Positions 41,884 through 52,381 of a stretch of 64,000 nucleotides of DNA are shown one piece after another (the first letter of the stretch is position 1; the number at the start of each line of letters is the position of its first letter). The stretch is from Burkholderiales bacterium. Its GTDB lineage: Bacteria > Pseudomonadota > Gammaproteobacteria > Burkholderiales > SG8-39. The notes below the pieces were generated by a model. It had not been told where the DNA came from. It did no database searches and saw only the letters and a program-made list of their open reading frames with translations. A program made the position numbers and the translations under genes. The stretch lies in NCBI GenBank assembly GCA_035273665.1, contig DATEOW010000038.1:324-64323 (forward strand). The letters run 5' to 3'.

Positions 41884-44670
41884 ATGACTACAAAAAACGT
41901 TCTAAGAAGAATTGCTTCCCTCAGCGCGCTCCTATGTTGTTCGGTCGCGCTGCTTGCCGGTTGCGGGGAGAAGCCCGAAGCGCTCGTTGCCTCCGCGAAG
42001 GAGTATCGCGCAAAGAACGACCACAATGCCGCGATCATTCAGTTGCGCAATGCGTTGCAACAGCAGCCCAACAATGCCGAAGCGCGTTATCTACTCGGTA
42101 TGTCGCTGTATGCGACGCGCGATTTCTTTACTGCCGAAAAGGAACTGCAGAAAGCGCTGGAGCTCGGCTATTCGGCGGAGCGCGTGCTGCCGGTACTCGG
42201 ACGGGTCATGCTTGAAATCGATAGAGAAGCGGCGCTCTTGTCGCAATACGGCAATCAAAAACTCGCTGACGCCGATGCACAAGCGACTTTTCAAACGGTT
42301 TTGGGCGACGCTTATTTAAACGAGCGCAAGGTGGCCGAAGCCAAGGCGGCCTACGTTAATGCACGCAGCGCCAAGCCTGGCTATGTGCCTGCGCGCGTTG
42401 GGGAGACGCGGCTACTTGCTGCGCAAGGCAAACTGGAGGAAGCCGAGCTTGCGGTGTTGGACATCCTTCGCGAGACACCCGACAGCATAGAAGCGATGAT
42501 GCTTCACGCGGAATTGCTGAGCAACCGGCAAAAGCTGGAAGAAGCGCAGAAGCTGTATGCGCGCATCCTTGAACTGCAGCCCGATAACCGCCCGGCACGC
42601 AATGCGCTGATCGCCACCTTGCTCAACGCAGGCAAGCTCGACAAAGCCAAAGAAGAGATCGAAGCGGCTAAAAAAATCATCGGCAAAAGAGATATACGGC
42701 TGATGTTCTCTGAGGCAATGCTGAATCTGAGGCAAAAGAACTACACACAGGCCCGCGATATATCGCTGCAGATTTTGCGTGTCGCGCCGGATCATGGCCC
42801 AACTCTCTTTGTTGCAGGCAGCGCAGAATTTGCATTGGGCTCGCTCGCGCAAGCCGAAGAGCAATTGCGCAAGGCGCTCGATCGTATGCCGCGACACGCG
42901 GGGGCTCGTCGCGCATTGGTTGCGGTGTATCTACGTATGGGTCAAGGCACACGCGCGGCCGAAACGCTGAAAGATCTGCTCGACCAACCGGAACCGAGCA
43001 GCGAGGTCTACGCGCTCGCAGGCGAGGTTGCGCTGGCCAACAATGACTTGAAGAAAGCCGAAGAATACTTGCAGCGAGCGGCCGCGCTCGACAAAGACAA
43101 TGCGGCGCTGCGTTCGCGCCTTGGACAGCTTCGCTTGTCCACCGGCGAGGTCGCCGAAGGCATAGCGGATTTGGAAGCGGCCTCGGCGGCAAATTCCAGC
43201 GATATTAAATCGGATCTTCTCCTTATTCTTGGGCACTTGCGTAGTGGGCAGTACGACAAGGCGAAAGCCGCGATGGAGGTTTTAGAGAAGAAGCAACCGA
43301 ATAACCCATTTACCTTCAATATTAAAGGCGCGCTCAGCGTGTCCATGGGCGATCACCAAGGTGCGCGCGCGAGCTTCGAGCAAGCACTGGCGTTGGCGCC
43401 GACCTATTCACCGGCGCTGCTTAATCTTGGACGTCTGGACGCGGCAAACAAAGAGCCGGATGCCGGACGAAAGCGTTTCGAGGGCGTCTTGGCTAAAGAA
43501 CCGAACAACGAGCAAGTGCTGCTTGCGTATTTGCAGTACCTCGAGGAAATACGGGCGCCCGAACAGGAAGTGCTGGGCATCGCCAAGCGGTCGGTTGAAA
43601 GCAACAGTAGTTCTGCCATCGCGCGTATCGCGTTGATCAATTCTTATATTAAAAGCAATGATAAAAAAGGCGCGTTAGACGCGGCGCAGGATGCGCTGGC
43701 CGCCTTTCCCACGCAGGCTGGTGTACTGGATATCGCCGGTCGCGCCCAGCTCATGGCGGGCGAAACAAACCAGGCGATTTCCACCTTCAGCAAACTCGCA
43801 GGGCTGAATCCACAATCGCACGCCGCGCAGATGCGGTTGGCGCAAGCTTATGCCGCGAGCAAGGATGTCGACCGTTCGGTAGAGGCCTTGCGTCGAGCGT
43901 TGGCAATCAAGCCGGACCTCCTTTCCGCGCATAGCGATATCGTTGCCGTGTTGACAGCCAATGGTCGATTCCAAGAAGCCTTGACGGAAGCGCGCCAAGT
44001 GCAGAAACGCTATCCCCAGCTCGGCCTCGGACATGTCTTGGAGGGCGACATTCACGCATCGCAGAAGAAGACAGCGGAGGCGCAGGCGGCTTATCGCGCA
44101 GCACTCAAGTTCGAACCTGACAATACCGGCTTGTTCATCAAACTCCATCGGACTTTAAGTGCTGGGGGGGCGCCGCAAGAAGCAGAGGCGCTGGCTGCGC
44201 GATGGTTGAAAGAACACCCGAAAGATATCGGTGCGCGCGCCTACATCGCGGAAAAAGAAATGGCGGACCGCGATTACAAGACCGCGAGCGCGCATTACAA
44301 GATCATTGTTGAGGCCCAACCCGGCAACGTCATTGCGCTGAACAACTTGGCTTGGTTAGCCGGCCAGCTGGGCGATCCTGCCGCCCTGACTTATGCGGAG
44401 AAAGCCAAGCAGATCGCACCGCAAAACCCGGCGGTGCTCGATACGCTCGGCATGCTGTTGCTCGACAAAGGCGATACCGCGCAAGCGTTGTCGCTTTTGG
44501 AGCAGGCGATCAAGCTCGCGCCGCAAGCGCCCGGCATTCGTTTGAACTATGCGAAAGCGCTCATGAAATCGGGCAACAAAGACGCCGCCCGTCGCGAATT
44601 ACAGAGCTTGGCCAAGCACGAGAACCAGCAAATAAGGGCTGAAGCGGAAGCGGCGTTGAAAACGCTTTGA
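41884..44670 (+). CDS. prsT: PEP-CTERM system TPR-repeat lipoprotein
   Basis: Lipobox LLAGCGEK, then about 900 aa of TPR repeats. Positioned after prsK-prsR as in described XrtA loci. Confidence 0.85.
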   Translation: MTTKNVLRRIASLSALLCCSVALLAGCGEKPEALVASAKEYRAKNDHNAAIIQLRNALQQQPNNAEARYLLGMSLYATRDFFTAEKELQKALELGYSAERVLPVLGRVMLEIDREAALLSQYGNQKLADADAQATFQTVLGDAYLNERKVAEAKAAYVNARSAKPGYVPARVGETRLLAAQGKLEEAELAVLDILRETPDSIEAMMLHAELLSNRQKLEEAQKLYARILELQPDNRPARNALIATLLNAGKLDKAKEEIEAAKKIIGKRDIRLMFSEAMLNLRQKNYTQARDISLQILRVAPDHGPTLFVAGSAEFALGSLAQAEEQLRKALDRMPRHAGARRALVAVYLRMGQGTRAAETLKDLLDQPEPSSEVYALAGEVALANNDLKKAEEYLQRAAALDKDNAALRSRLGQLRLSTGEVAEGIADLEAASAANSSDIKSDLLLILGHLRSGQYDKAKAAMEVLEKKQPNNPFTFNIKGALSVSMGDHQGARASFEQALALAPTYSPALLNLGRLDAANKEPDAGRKRFEGVLAKEPNNEQVLLAYLQYLEEIRAPEQEVLGIAKRSVESNSSSAIARIALINSYIKSNDKKGALDAAQDALAAFPTQAGVLDIAGRAQLMAGETNQAISTFSKLAGLNPQSHAAQMRLAQAYAASKDVDRSVEALRRALAIKPDLLSAHSDIVAVLTANGRFQEALTEARQVQKRYPQLGLGHVLEGDIHASQKKTAEAQAAYRAALKFEPDNTGLFIKLHRTLSAGGAPQEAEALAARWLKEHPKDIGARAYIAEKEMADRDYKTASAHYKIIVEAQPGNVIALNNLAWLAGQLGDPAALTYAEKAKQIAPQNPAVLDTLGMLLLDKGDTAQALSLLEQAIKLAPQAPGIRLNYAKALMKSGNKDAARRELQSLAKHENQQIRAEAEAALKTL

Positions 44671-44720
44671 GTCTGAGAGTCTGACTATCGAATTAATGGA
44701 ATGATGAGACGAGGAATTGC

Positions 44721-46001
44721 ATGAGTACAGTTGCTGTTGTCGGGCTGGGATACGTTGGCCTCCCGTTAGCCGTCGAGTTCGGGAAAAAATACACGACCAT
44801 CGGTTTTGATTTATCTGCGGCGAAAGTTGCCGCCTATAAACGCTTTGTGGATCCTACGGGCGAAGTCAGCACCGAGCAGTTGAAAGCCGCGAACAAGCTG
44901 AGTGTGACGACTGATCCGGCGGAACTCGCCAAAGCGGATTTCATTGTTGTTGCCGTGCCGACGCCTGTTGACGAAGCACACCAGCCGGATTTTAGCCCCC
45001 TCGTCGGTTCGAGTGAGTCAGTGGGGCGGCACATGAAGCGCGGCGCGATTGTCGTGTATGAATCGACCGTATATCCCGGTGCCACCGAAGAAGTTTGTAT
45101 TCCGGTGCTGGAGAAGTTCTCCGGCATGAAGTGGAAAAAAGATTTCAATGTCGGTTACTCGCCTGAGCGGATTAATCCGGGCGACAAAGAGCACACGCTC
45201 ACGCGCATTGTCAAAGTGGTTTCAGGCGACACACCTGAAACCTTGGAACGCGTCGCCGAAATTTACGGCGGAATCATCAGCGCCGGCGTGCATCGGGCCA
45301 CCAGCATCAAGGTCGCTGAAGCGGCGAAGGTCATCGAGAATACGCAGCGCGACTTAAATATCGCGTTGGTAAACGAGCTCTCGTTGATCTTCCACCGTAT
45401 TGGTATCGACACGACGGAAGTGCTTGAGGCCGCAGGCACGAAGTGGAACTTCCTGCCTTTCCGCCCGGGTCTCGTCGGCGGTCACTGTATCGGAGTCGAT
45501 CCCTACTATTTGACGCACAAGGCCGATATGCTGGGCTATCACCCGCAGGTCATTTTGGCGGGGCGCCGTATCAATGACGGCATGGGGAAGTACATCGCCG
45601 AGCAGACCGTCAAACAGATGATCCAGGCGGGACACACCGTCAAAGACGCTGATGTGATCGTCCTCGGACTGACGTTCAAGGAAGACTGCCCCGACCTGCG
45701 TAACTCGAAGGTCATCGATATCATCCGCGAATTGCAGTCTTACGGCGCTAAGGTGCACATTTACGAACCGATGGCCGATGCGGAAGAGGCGATGCATGAA
45801 TACGGCGTCACTCTGACGCCCTGGGACAAGCTCCCGCGCGCCAATGCGATCGTTGCTGCGGTGGCGCACCGCCCGCTCATCGAGCGGTCCGCGAAGGACT
45901 ACGCCGCCAAGTTGGCGCCCAAGGGAATCTTTATCGACGTGAAATGCAAGGCGGACGCGGCAGCGCTTCGCGCGCAAGGTTTGCACGTGTGGCGGCTTTA
46001 A
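44721..46001 (+). CDS. UDP-N-acetyl-hexosamine 6-dehydrogenase (TviB/WbpO-like nucleotide-sugar dehydrogenase)
   Basis: [20 protein letters not shown] fold and catalytic [12 protein letters not shown]. Length and N-terminus resemble TviB/WbpO. Confidence 0.88.
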   Translation: MSTVAVVGLGYVGLPLAVEFGKKYTTIGFDLSAAKVAAYKRFVDPTGEVSTEQLKAANKLSVTTDPAELAKADFIVVAVPTPVDEAHQPDFSPLVGSSESVGRHMKRGAIVVYESTVYPGATEEVCIPVLEKFSGMKWKKDFNVGYSPERINPGDKEHTLTRIVKVVSGDTPETLERVAEIYGGIISAGVHRATSIKVAEAAKVIENTQRDLNIALVNELSLIFHRIGIDTTEVLEAAGTKWNFLPFRPGLVGGHCIGVDPYYLTHKADMLGYHPQVILAGRRINDGMGKYIAEQTVKQMIQAGHTVKDADVIVLGLTFKEDCPDLRNSKVIDIIRELQSYGAKVHIYEPMADAEEAMHEYGVTLTPWDKLPRANAIVAAVAHRPLIERSAKDYAAKLAPKGIFIDVKCKADAAALRAQGLHVWRL

Positions 46002-46002
46002 A

Positions 46003-47085
46003 ATGACGCAAGCCGAATGGACTGAAAAAGCTTCTGCCTCCTTGAGGCAGAAGCCGATGCGTTGGCTGGTGACCGGTTCCGCCGGATTCATCGGCTCACA
46101 CTTGCTCGAGACGCTTTTGCAAATGGGTCAGGAAGTTGTCAGCCTGGATAATTTTTCCACCGGCCACTGGCGCAATCTCGAACAGGTCGAATGCGCGGTA
46201 GGCGAAGCGGCTTGGGCCCGTCACGTCTTCATCGAAGGCGATATCACCGATATAGAAACGTGCCGCAAAGCCTGCACCAACGTGGAGGTCGTGCTGCATC
46301 AGGCCGCGTTGGGATCGGTGCCCCGTTCACTGGTCGATCCGCGCGCCACTAATGCGGCGAACGTCACGGGCTTTCTCAACATACTGGACGCCGCGCGAGA
46401 AGCCGGTGTACAGCGTTTTGTGTACGCCGCATCGAGCTCTACCTACGGCGATTCGGCGGCTCTTCCCAAAGTAGAAGACCGCATCGGACGGCCGTTGTCG
46501 CCCTATGCCGTCACCAAATATGTCAACGAACTTTATGCCGACGTTTTTGCGCGCGCTTATGGCATGCAGATCGTCGGATTGCGATATTTCAACGTGTTCG
46601 GTGCACGTCAAGATCCGGAAGGCGCGTATGCAGCGGTGATTCCGCGCTGGGTGCGCGCGCTTCTTCGCGGTGAGGCACCGGTCATTAACGGTGACGGAGA
46701 GACATCTCGGGATTTCTGCTACGTCGCAAACGCGGTGCAGGCGAACATTCTTGCCGCGCTCACGACGAATCCCGATGCAATCAATCAGGTGTACAACGTC
46801 GCCGTCGGCGGGCGCACAAATTTAAATGAGCTATTCACGACTTTGCGCGATCTTCTGGGTGCGCGCTTCCCGGCGCTAGCATCGGTGCAGGCGGTGCATC
46901 GTGATTTTCGTCCAGGTGATGTGCGTCATTCGCAGGCGGATATCTCGAAGGCGCAGCGTCTTCTCGGCTATGCGCCGACACATGATATCGTCAAAGGGCT
47001 TGAGCAAGCATTGCCTTGGTACATCGAGCGCTTTAGCAGTGACGTGAGCGGCACGAAGGACGTCCATGCGAGCGTCGCGTCCTGA
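46003..47085 (+). CDS. NAD-dependent UDP-sugar 4-epimerase (TviC/WbpP-like SDR)
   Basis: [18 protein letters not shown] and [13 protein letters not shown] (YxxxK). The ~18-aa N-terminal lead is also seen in WbpP-type proteins. Alternative start at 46057. Confidence 0.85.
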   Translation: MTQAEWTEKASASLRQKPMRWLVTGSAGFIGSHLLETLLQMGQEVVSLDNFSTGHWRNLEQVECAVGEAAWARHVFIEGDITDIETCRKACTNVEVVLHQAALGSVPRSLVDPRATNAANVTGFLNILDAAREAGVQRFVYAASSSTYGDSAALPKVEDRIGRPLSPYAVTKYVNELYADVFARAYGMQIVGLRYFNVFGARQDPEGAYAAVIPRWVRALLRGEAPVINGDGETSRDFCYVANAVQANILAALTTNPDAINQVYNVAVGGRTNLNELFTTLRDLLGARFPALASVQAVHRDFRPGDVRHSQADISKAQRLLGYAPTHDIVKGLEQALPWYIERFSSDVSGTKDVHASVAS

Positions 47086-48025
47086 ATGGAGGTATGGCGT
47101 TGCCGCGGTGCTCATGTGCACCGCAGTCTCGTGCTTGGCCGAAAATAAAAAACTCTCGCTCAATGCGACCAGCAAGAGCACCAGCGATGTGGTGACAGCG
47201 TCGCGGCTCGCGATCGAAGCGGAAACGACTTCACATATCGCGACGCTATTGCGCGAAGCCGTGGCCTTTGAACACGGGGAAGGCGTCCTAAAAGATATTG
47301 CGAAGGCCATGGCATTGTATTGCGAGGCCGCACGCATGGGCGATGCCGAAGCGCAGTACGCACTTGGATGGATATATGCCAATGGGCGCGGTGTCCCGCG
47401 GGACGATGAGCGCGCGGCGGTATTCTTCGCTTTGGCCGCGGCCCAGGGCCACCCGCATGCGCAACGTGCGCAGACCTTCGCGGGCCACGCGGTCGGCCGC
47501 TTGCCTGACTGCATGTTCATTGATCGGGCGGGAGCGCCTGGAGCCAACGGGGTTTTCGACTTCAGCGCGCTGGAATCGCTCAATCCCGGCAAAAAACGGA
47601 TGATTGAATTAGTGCGCAAGCTTGCACCTGAATATTCAATCCATCCGCAACTTGCTTTAGCGGTGATTGCAGTCGAATCCAATTTCAATCCGCATGCTCG
47701 TTCGCCCAAGAATGCGCAGGGTTTGATGCAGTTGATTCCCGCCACGGCGCAGCGCTTCAAAGTCAAAGACATTCTTGACCCGACGCAAAACATCCGGGGC
47801 GGGTTGTCGTATCTACGCTGGCTCCTTTCCTACTATCGAGGCAGGGTCGATCTCGCGGTCGCAGCGTACAACGCCGGCGAAGGCGCAGTAGACCGTTATC
47901 GAGGCGTTCCACCCTACCGGGAGACGCAGGAATACCTCAAACGGGTTCGTCACTTCTACGGCGGCATCGATCATCCGTTTGATGATGCGTTGACCGAGCC
48001 GTCACCTGTTGTGCAATTAATGTAA
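47066..48025 (+). CDS. Sel1-repeat / lytic transglycosylase (SLT domain) protein, probable lipoprotein
   Basis: GAAGGA precedes ATG 47066. Signal/lipobox-like [11 protein letters not shown]. Sel1 repeats ([28 protein letters not shown]). SLT motif [30 protein letters not shown]. Confidence 0.75.
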   Translation: MRASRPEWRYGVAAVLMCTAVSCLAENKKLSLNATSKSTSDVVTASRLAIEAETTSHIATLLREAVAFEHGEGVLKDIAKAMALYCEAARMGDAEAQYALGWIYANGRGVPRDDERAAVFFALAAAQGHPHAQRAQTFAGHAVGRLPDCMFIDRAGAPGANGVFDFSALESLNPGKKRMIELVRKLAPEYSIHPQLALAVIAVESNFNPHARSPKNAQGLMQLIPATAQRFKVKDILDPTQNIRGGLSYLRWLLSYYRGRVDLAVAAYNAGEGAVDRYRGVPPYRETQEYLKRVRHFYGGIDHPFDDALTEPSPVVQLM

Positions 48026-48059
48026 GCGTGCAACCTGCGCTGGCGGCTAGAGAAAAAAT

Positions 48060-48821
48060 ATGATCAAACGCCTTCCATTTTTTGTGCTGCTGCTTGGCCT
48101 CGCGATCAATCGAGCGTCCCACGCCGCGTCTCCCGAGGAAACGATCGCGCGAGTGAAAACGTCGATCGTCGCGGTCGGCACGTATTTGCCGACCCGTGCA
48201 CCGCAATTCAATTTTCGCGGCACGGGCTTCGTGGTGGGCGACGGCACATTGATTATTACTAATTCACATGTTTTGCCGACGGTACTTGAGGATCGGGAAA
48301 GCATCGCTGTCGCCGTGCATGTCAGCGGTGCGCAAGGCGCTGCGCGTGTGGCGACGCGAGTTGCGAATGATCCCGAGCATGACTTGGCCGTGTTGCGTAT
48401 ACAAGGCTCGCCGCTGCCCGCGCTCGAAGTCAAGCGCTCGGAGACGGTGCGTGAGGGCAACAACCTTTTTTTCACCGGCTACCCGATGGGTACCGTCCTG
48501 GGTCTGTTCCCGGTTACGCATCGCGCCATGGTGTCCGCACTAACGCCCGTTGCCATCCCCAGCAGAAATTCCGCGCAGCTTGATCCAAAACTGATTCGGC
48601 GACTGAGCGCCGCGCCGCTACCCATTTTTCAACTCGATGCCACGGCGTACCCGGGCAGTAGTGGCAGTCCACTGTATGAACCGGACACTGGTGCCGTCGT
48701 CGGCGTAGTCAACATGGGCATGTTAAAAGGAAGCAAGGAGACTGCCATGACGCAACCGTCTGGCATCACCTACGCTATTCCCTCTAAGTGGGCGGAGGCG
48801 TTGCTGAGCGAAATACCTTAA
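48060..48821 (+). CDS. Secreted trypsin-like serine protease (S1 family)
   Basis: Signal peptide LPFFVLLLGLAINRASHA. Catalytic triad contexts ITNSHVL, DLAVLRI and GSSGSPL. Confidence 0.8.
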   Translation: MIKRLPFFVLLLGLAINRASHAASPEETIARVKTSIVAVGTYLPTRAPQFNFRGTGFVVGDGTLIITNSHVLPTVLEDRESIAVAVHVSGAQGAARVATRVANDPEHDLAVLRIQGSPLPALEVKRSETVREGNNLFFTGYPMGTVLGLFPVTHRAMVSALTPVAIPSRNSAQLDPKLIRRLSAAPLPIFQLDATAYPGSSGSPLYEPDTGAVVGVVNMGMLKGSKETAMTQPSGITYAIPSKWAEALLSEIP

Positions 48822-49393
48822 GGCGACGGCAGATCGGCCTGTAGGCGCGTGAGAATGCGCTCATGCGCCGTCCCCAACGCCTTGACGAAGGCTTCCGGGC
48901 GGGGCGCCTCCAAGTCCACGCGCTCGGCGTATTCGCGCTCGAATACAACATGCGGCGTCGGCCGCGAAGCGGTCAACTTGTAATGCATTCGTAAGACCGC
49001 CTGGCCGGGACGGCTTCGCATGTCGCCATACAGTTCCGGCGCATAGGCCTCAAGCAAATATGACGGCTCGGACAAGCCAAGTTGCGCCGAGCCGTCTTTG
49101 ATGCCGAACCATTCAGCGGTGCGATTCATAAGCATCTCTCGCGGTGTCGTCAGCAGCTCGTTGTAAAAATCACTTTCGTATCGCGTTTCGTCGAGGCGCC
49201 ATACCAATTGTTTTCCTTCGAACGCGGGCGCCACGTCGAAGCGGCCAAGGCGCGCGTCCAAAGGTTTTGATACCCGCGCGCTTAAGGGTGCCGGCAAATA
49301 ACTGCGGATTTCGACCGCCGGTCTGGCCAAATCGCAACCGCTCAATGGAAAAAGCGCGCATCCGCATAGGACACTGAGTAGTCGTTTCATCAT
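48818..49393 (-). CDS. ABC-type transport auxiliary lipoprotein (PqiC/DUF330-like)
   Basis: Lipobox FPLSGCDL. About 190 aa, immediately downstream of the MCE gene with a 4-nt overlap. Confidence 0.7.
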   Translation of the reverse strand: MMKRLLSVLCGCALFPLSGCDLARPAVEIRSYLPAPLSARVSKPLDARLGRFDVAPAFEGKQLVWRLDETRYESDFYNELLTTPREMLMNRTAEWFGIKDGSAQLGLSEPSYLLEAYAPELYGDMRSRPGQAVLRMHYKLTASRPTPHVVFEREYAERVDLEAPRPEAFVKALGTAHERILTRLQADLPSP

Positions 49394-50445
49394 TTCGCGC
49401 TGGACGGATCGATTCGCCGGGGCGGGTCTGCGAACACGGCGCCGGGATAGCGTTTAAGGCTTTCGCTCAAGTCGCGCAGGTTTTCGCTGGTGCGGCGTAG
49501 ATTGTCGATAATGGTTGCGACATCCTTGTCTTTGCCGGCTGCGGCCTTGTCCAGACTAGCCAAGGTGGAATCGAGGTTTTTGAGTGCGCGCTCAAGTTCC
49601 TCGCCTTCGAGCAGTTCACGCAAACGTCGCATGGATACGGCCGTATCCTCCGGTACGCTATCCAGACTTGGGTCTTCGAGCAATTTTCTTAGACGCGTGG
49701 CGGAAGCCGCCGCGTCACGCATGGTGCTTTGCGCTTCGGGGCCGCCAAGCACAGCTTTCAGGCGGCCGGCGGTGTCGCGCAAGTCACCCACCATTACACG
49801 CAAGTCCTTCCCGATGTTTTGCACGTCGAGCTGATCAAGCTTCGTGTTGAGCGTGATGAGCAGTGCATCGAGGTCCTGTGCGACTTTCGGCAGGTTCATA
49901 TCTTCGAAGTGCGCAAGAAAACGATCGGCACGTTCGAGAATCTGCGTCACGGTACTTGCACCAGAAGGGATATAAAGATGTGCAGGTTGCCAATCGAAAG
50001 GTAGCTTGGGCGAACGTTCTGGAGGCAGATAATCCATTTCAAGAAAGTAGGTCCCCGTGATGCCTTGTGCCGACATGCGCACGCGCAAGCCCTTTTGAAT
50101 GAGTTTATCCAAGAGCGCGGGGTCCACTTTGGTGTTGAAACCAGCCTGCTCGAGGTCTAGCTTCGCTTCCACATAGACATATGGTTTGCGTTGCGTCGGT
50201 GGCAGATGGTTCTCGTAGCGATTTGAAGTAAATCCCAATGTAGTGACTTCGCCGATCAGGACGCCGCGATATTTGACCTTTGAACCGACGTCGAGGCCTT
50301 GCACAGTGCCGTTAAAATACGTTTCCACCACGAGCTGCCGGCGGAAGAGACCACCGCCACCGAAGGCGATCACCAACGCGACCAAGAGGGCAATACCGAT
50401 CAGGATAAAAATGCCCAGGCGAAAATAATGTGCTTTCACACTCAC
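49390..50445 (-). CDS. MlaD/MCE-domain protein with long helical C-terminal region
   Basis: N-terminal TM segment. MCE core GLDVGSKVKYRGVLIGEV. The C-terminal ~150 aa is Leu/Asp/Arg-rich and helical. Confidence 0.8.
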   Translation of the reverse strand: MSVKAHYFRLGIFILIGIALLVALVIAFGGGGLFRRQLVVETYFNGTVQGLDVGSKVKYRGVLIGEVTTLGFTSNRYENHLPPTQRKPYVYVEAKLDLEQAGFNTKVDPALLDKLIQKGLRVRMSAQGITGTYFLEMDYLPPERSPKLPFDWQPAHLYIPSGASTVTQILERADRFLAHFEDMNLPKVAQDLDALLITLNTKLDQLDVQNIGKDLRVMVGDLRDTAGRLKAVLGGPEAQSTMRDAAASATRLRKLLEDPSLDSVPEDTAVSMRRLRELLEGEELERALKNLDSTLASLDKAAAGKDKDVATIIDNLRRTSENLRDLSESLKRYPGAVFADPPRRIDPSSAK

Positions 50446-51230
50446 GTTGCGCTTATCCCTTCTTCATCGGCTTGACGATTGAAGAACTGGCGTACCTTTG
50501 GATTGTCCGTGTGGTCGCGAAGCTCTTGCGGTTTGCCTTCTGCCACGATTCCTTTGCTCTCCTTGTCCAGCATGATTGCCCGATCCGCGATCGCGTAGAT
50601 ACTTTCTAATTCGTGCGTAATGACAATAAACGTGATGCCAAGCGTGTCTCGTAGTCGCAAGATGAGCCTGTCGATTCCCGCCGACGTAATGGGGTCGAGG
50701 CCTGCGGATGGCTCGTCGAGCAGTACCACCGCCGGATCCAGCGCCAAGGCGCGCGCAATTGCAGCGCGCTTGACCATCCCGCCGGAAATCTGCGCGGGCT
50801 TGTAGTCTTCGAATCCGCTCAACCCCACTAGTGCAAGCTTCATGCGAGCGACGAGTTCAATGGCTTGCGGGCGCATGCCGGTATGCACTTCTAGGGGCAG
50901 GCTGACGTTTTCCAGCAAGGTCATCGACCCGAAAAGTGCACCGAGCTGAAACATCACGCCGATGCTTCGCAAAATCTCGGCTCTTTCCGCTGCGGAAGCG
51001 GTGCTCAGCTCGCGGCCGTGAATGAAAATTCGGCCGGACAGCGGTTCATGCAAACCAATGAGGTGTCGCATCAGGACGCTCTTTCCGGAGCCGGAACCAC
51101 CCAGGATGACAAAGATTTCACCGCGCTTCACCTCAAATGAAACGCCATCATGAATGATGGTCGCGCCCATGCCGCTACGAAGCGCATCGACTTGCACAAC
51201 GGGTTGAGCGGAATCGAAGGTTTTGCGCAT
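50442..51230 (-). CDS. ABC transporter ATP-binding protein (MlaF-like)
   Basis: Start set at ATG 51230 (MRKTFDS...), 2 nt after the permease stop; the extension to 51371 is rejected. Walker A GGSGSGKS, signature ISGGMVKR, Walker B VLLDEPSAGLD. Confidence 0.85.
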   Translation of the reverse strand: MRKTFDSAQPVVQVDALRSGMGATIIHDGVSFEVKRGEIFVILGGSGSGKSVLMRHLIGLHEPLSGRIFIHGRELSTASAAERAEILRSIGVMFQLGALFGSMTLLENVSLPLEVHTGMRPQAIELVARMKLALVGLSGFEDYKPAQISGGMVKRAAIARALALDPAVVLLDEPSAGLDPITSAGIDRLILRLRDTLGITFIVITHELESIYAIADRAIMLDKESKGIVAEGKPQELRDHTDNPKVRQFFNRQADEEGISAT

Positions 51231-51232
51231 CG

Positions 51233-52381
51233 CTAAACATTCAAATGGTAATAAAGCACTGCAAAGATGCCGTCCGCGACAACGATCAATACCAACGCAC
51301 TTACTACTGCGCGTGTGGCCGATATGCCAACGGCTGCCGCACCTTGTCCCGTTTGCAAGCCGCGCAAACAACCGACACCTGCGATGAGTAAACCGAAGAC
51401 AAAGGACTTCACGAGCCCGCCAAAAAAATCCCCGGGTTGAACCGCTGTGAGCAATTGATTGAAATAAGTCACTAGCGGGATATTAAAAAGCAGCATCACC
51501 AAGCCGCCGCCTAGTAAACCGATGAGATCGGCGAAGATCGTGAGCAGCGGTGTCATCAGCAAGCCGGCGAGCATTCGCGGCACAACAAGAAAACGGACCG
51601 GATCGAGACCCATCGTGCTCAATGCGCTGATCTCATCGTTCACTTTCATTGTGCCGATTTCGGCGGCAAAGGCGGCGGCCGAACGCCCGGCTAGCAAGAT
51701 CGCTGTCATCAGCGGGCCTAATTCGCGCAATAAGGAGAGCCCGACGAGGTTGGCGACAAATATTTCGGCGCCAAACTGACGCATTGCGACCGCCGATTGA
51801 AAAGCCATGATGACGCCCATAAGGCATGCGATCAGTGCGACGATAGGTAATGCGTTGACGCCCACTTCTTCCGCGATTGCCAGCGCATCGCGCCAACGTA
51901 AAGCTTGTGGCCGCCCAAAGGTGTGGCCCAGCGCAACACCGGCCTCGCCTATAAAACCGATCTGCTCCCGCGCCCCTGCGGCAAATCTCGAGCCGAAGCG
52001 CCCTAAGACCTCAATCAGGTTGAGCTTCGTTTGTGCGGAATTTGGCCGAGGGCCAAATTCCTTTGGGTCGAACTGGTTGAGCAGGCTCTGATATGCCGGG
52101 GCTAGGTTCTCTATGTGAGCGGCCTCTCGCCGGGTCCGCAAGAGTTCAACAAAGAGCGCAATGCCAGCCGTATCGCAGTAATCGAGAGCTTCACAATCCA
52201 CAAAGAAAGGTTGGGCAGCGCACTGCCGTGATGCCTCGAACAAGGGCTCCCAAATCCCAGCAACGCTATAGACGTTGAGACTTCCGCACAGGCGAAATCG
52301 GCAGTCGGCGGCCTTCTCTAAGCGAAGTGCGGGGGGCGCATTCACCGTTTTTGAAGTTCTCATTGCTAGAGACATTCCCAC
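51233..52381 (-). CDS. MlaE-family ABC permease with N-terminal STAS domain
   Basis: First ~110 aa are STAS-like (LCGSLNVYSVAGIWEPL...FFVDCEALDYCDTAGIALFVELL). The rest is an MlaE-type permease. Confidence 0.8.
   Translation of the reverse strand: MGMSLAMRTSKTVNAPPALRLEKAADCRFRLCGSLNVYSVAGIWEPLFEASRQCAAQPFFVDCEALDYCDTAGIALFVELLRTRREAAHIENLAPAYQSLLNQFDPKEFGPRPNSAQTKLNLIEVLGRFGSRFAAGAREQIGFIGEAGVALGHTFGRPQALRWRDALAIAEEVGVNALPIVALIACLMGVIMAFQSAVAMRQFGAEIFVANLVGLSLLRELGPLMTAILLAGRSAAAFAAEIGTMKVNDEISALSTMGLDPVRFLVVPRMLAGLLMTPLLTIFADLIGLLGGGLVMLLFNIPLVTYFNQLLTAVQPGDFFGGLVKSFVFGLLIAGVGCLRGLQTGQGAAAVGISATRAVVSALVLIVVADGIFAVLYYHLNV

Noticed and set aside
45354-46091. 245-aa ORF on the - strand
   Set aside because: Antisense shadow of the TviB-like dehydrogenase gene, with Arg/Val/His-rich nonsense composition.
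46876-47793. 305-aa ORF on the - strand
   Set aside because: It lies antisense to the TviC-like and Sel1-SLT genes, both of which have clear motifs. Its composition is Ala/Arg/Cys/Ser-rich and typical of a GC-rich shadow frame. No motifs.
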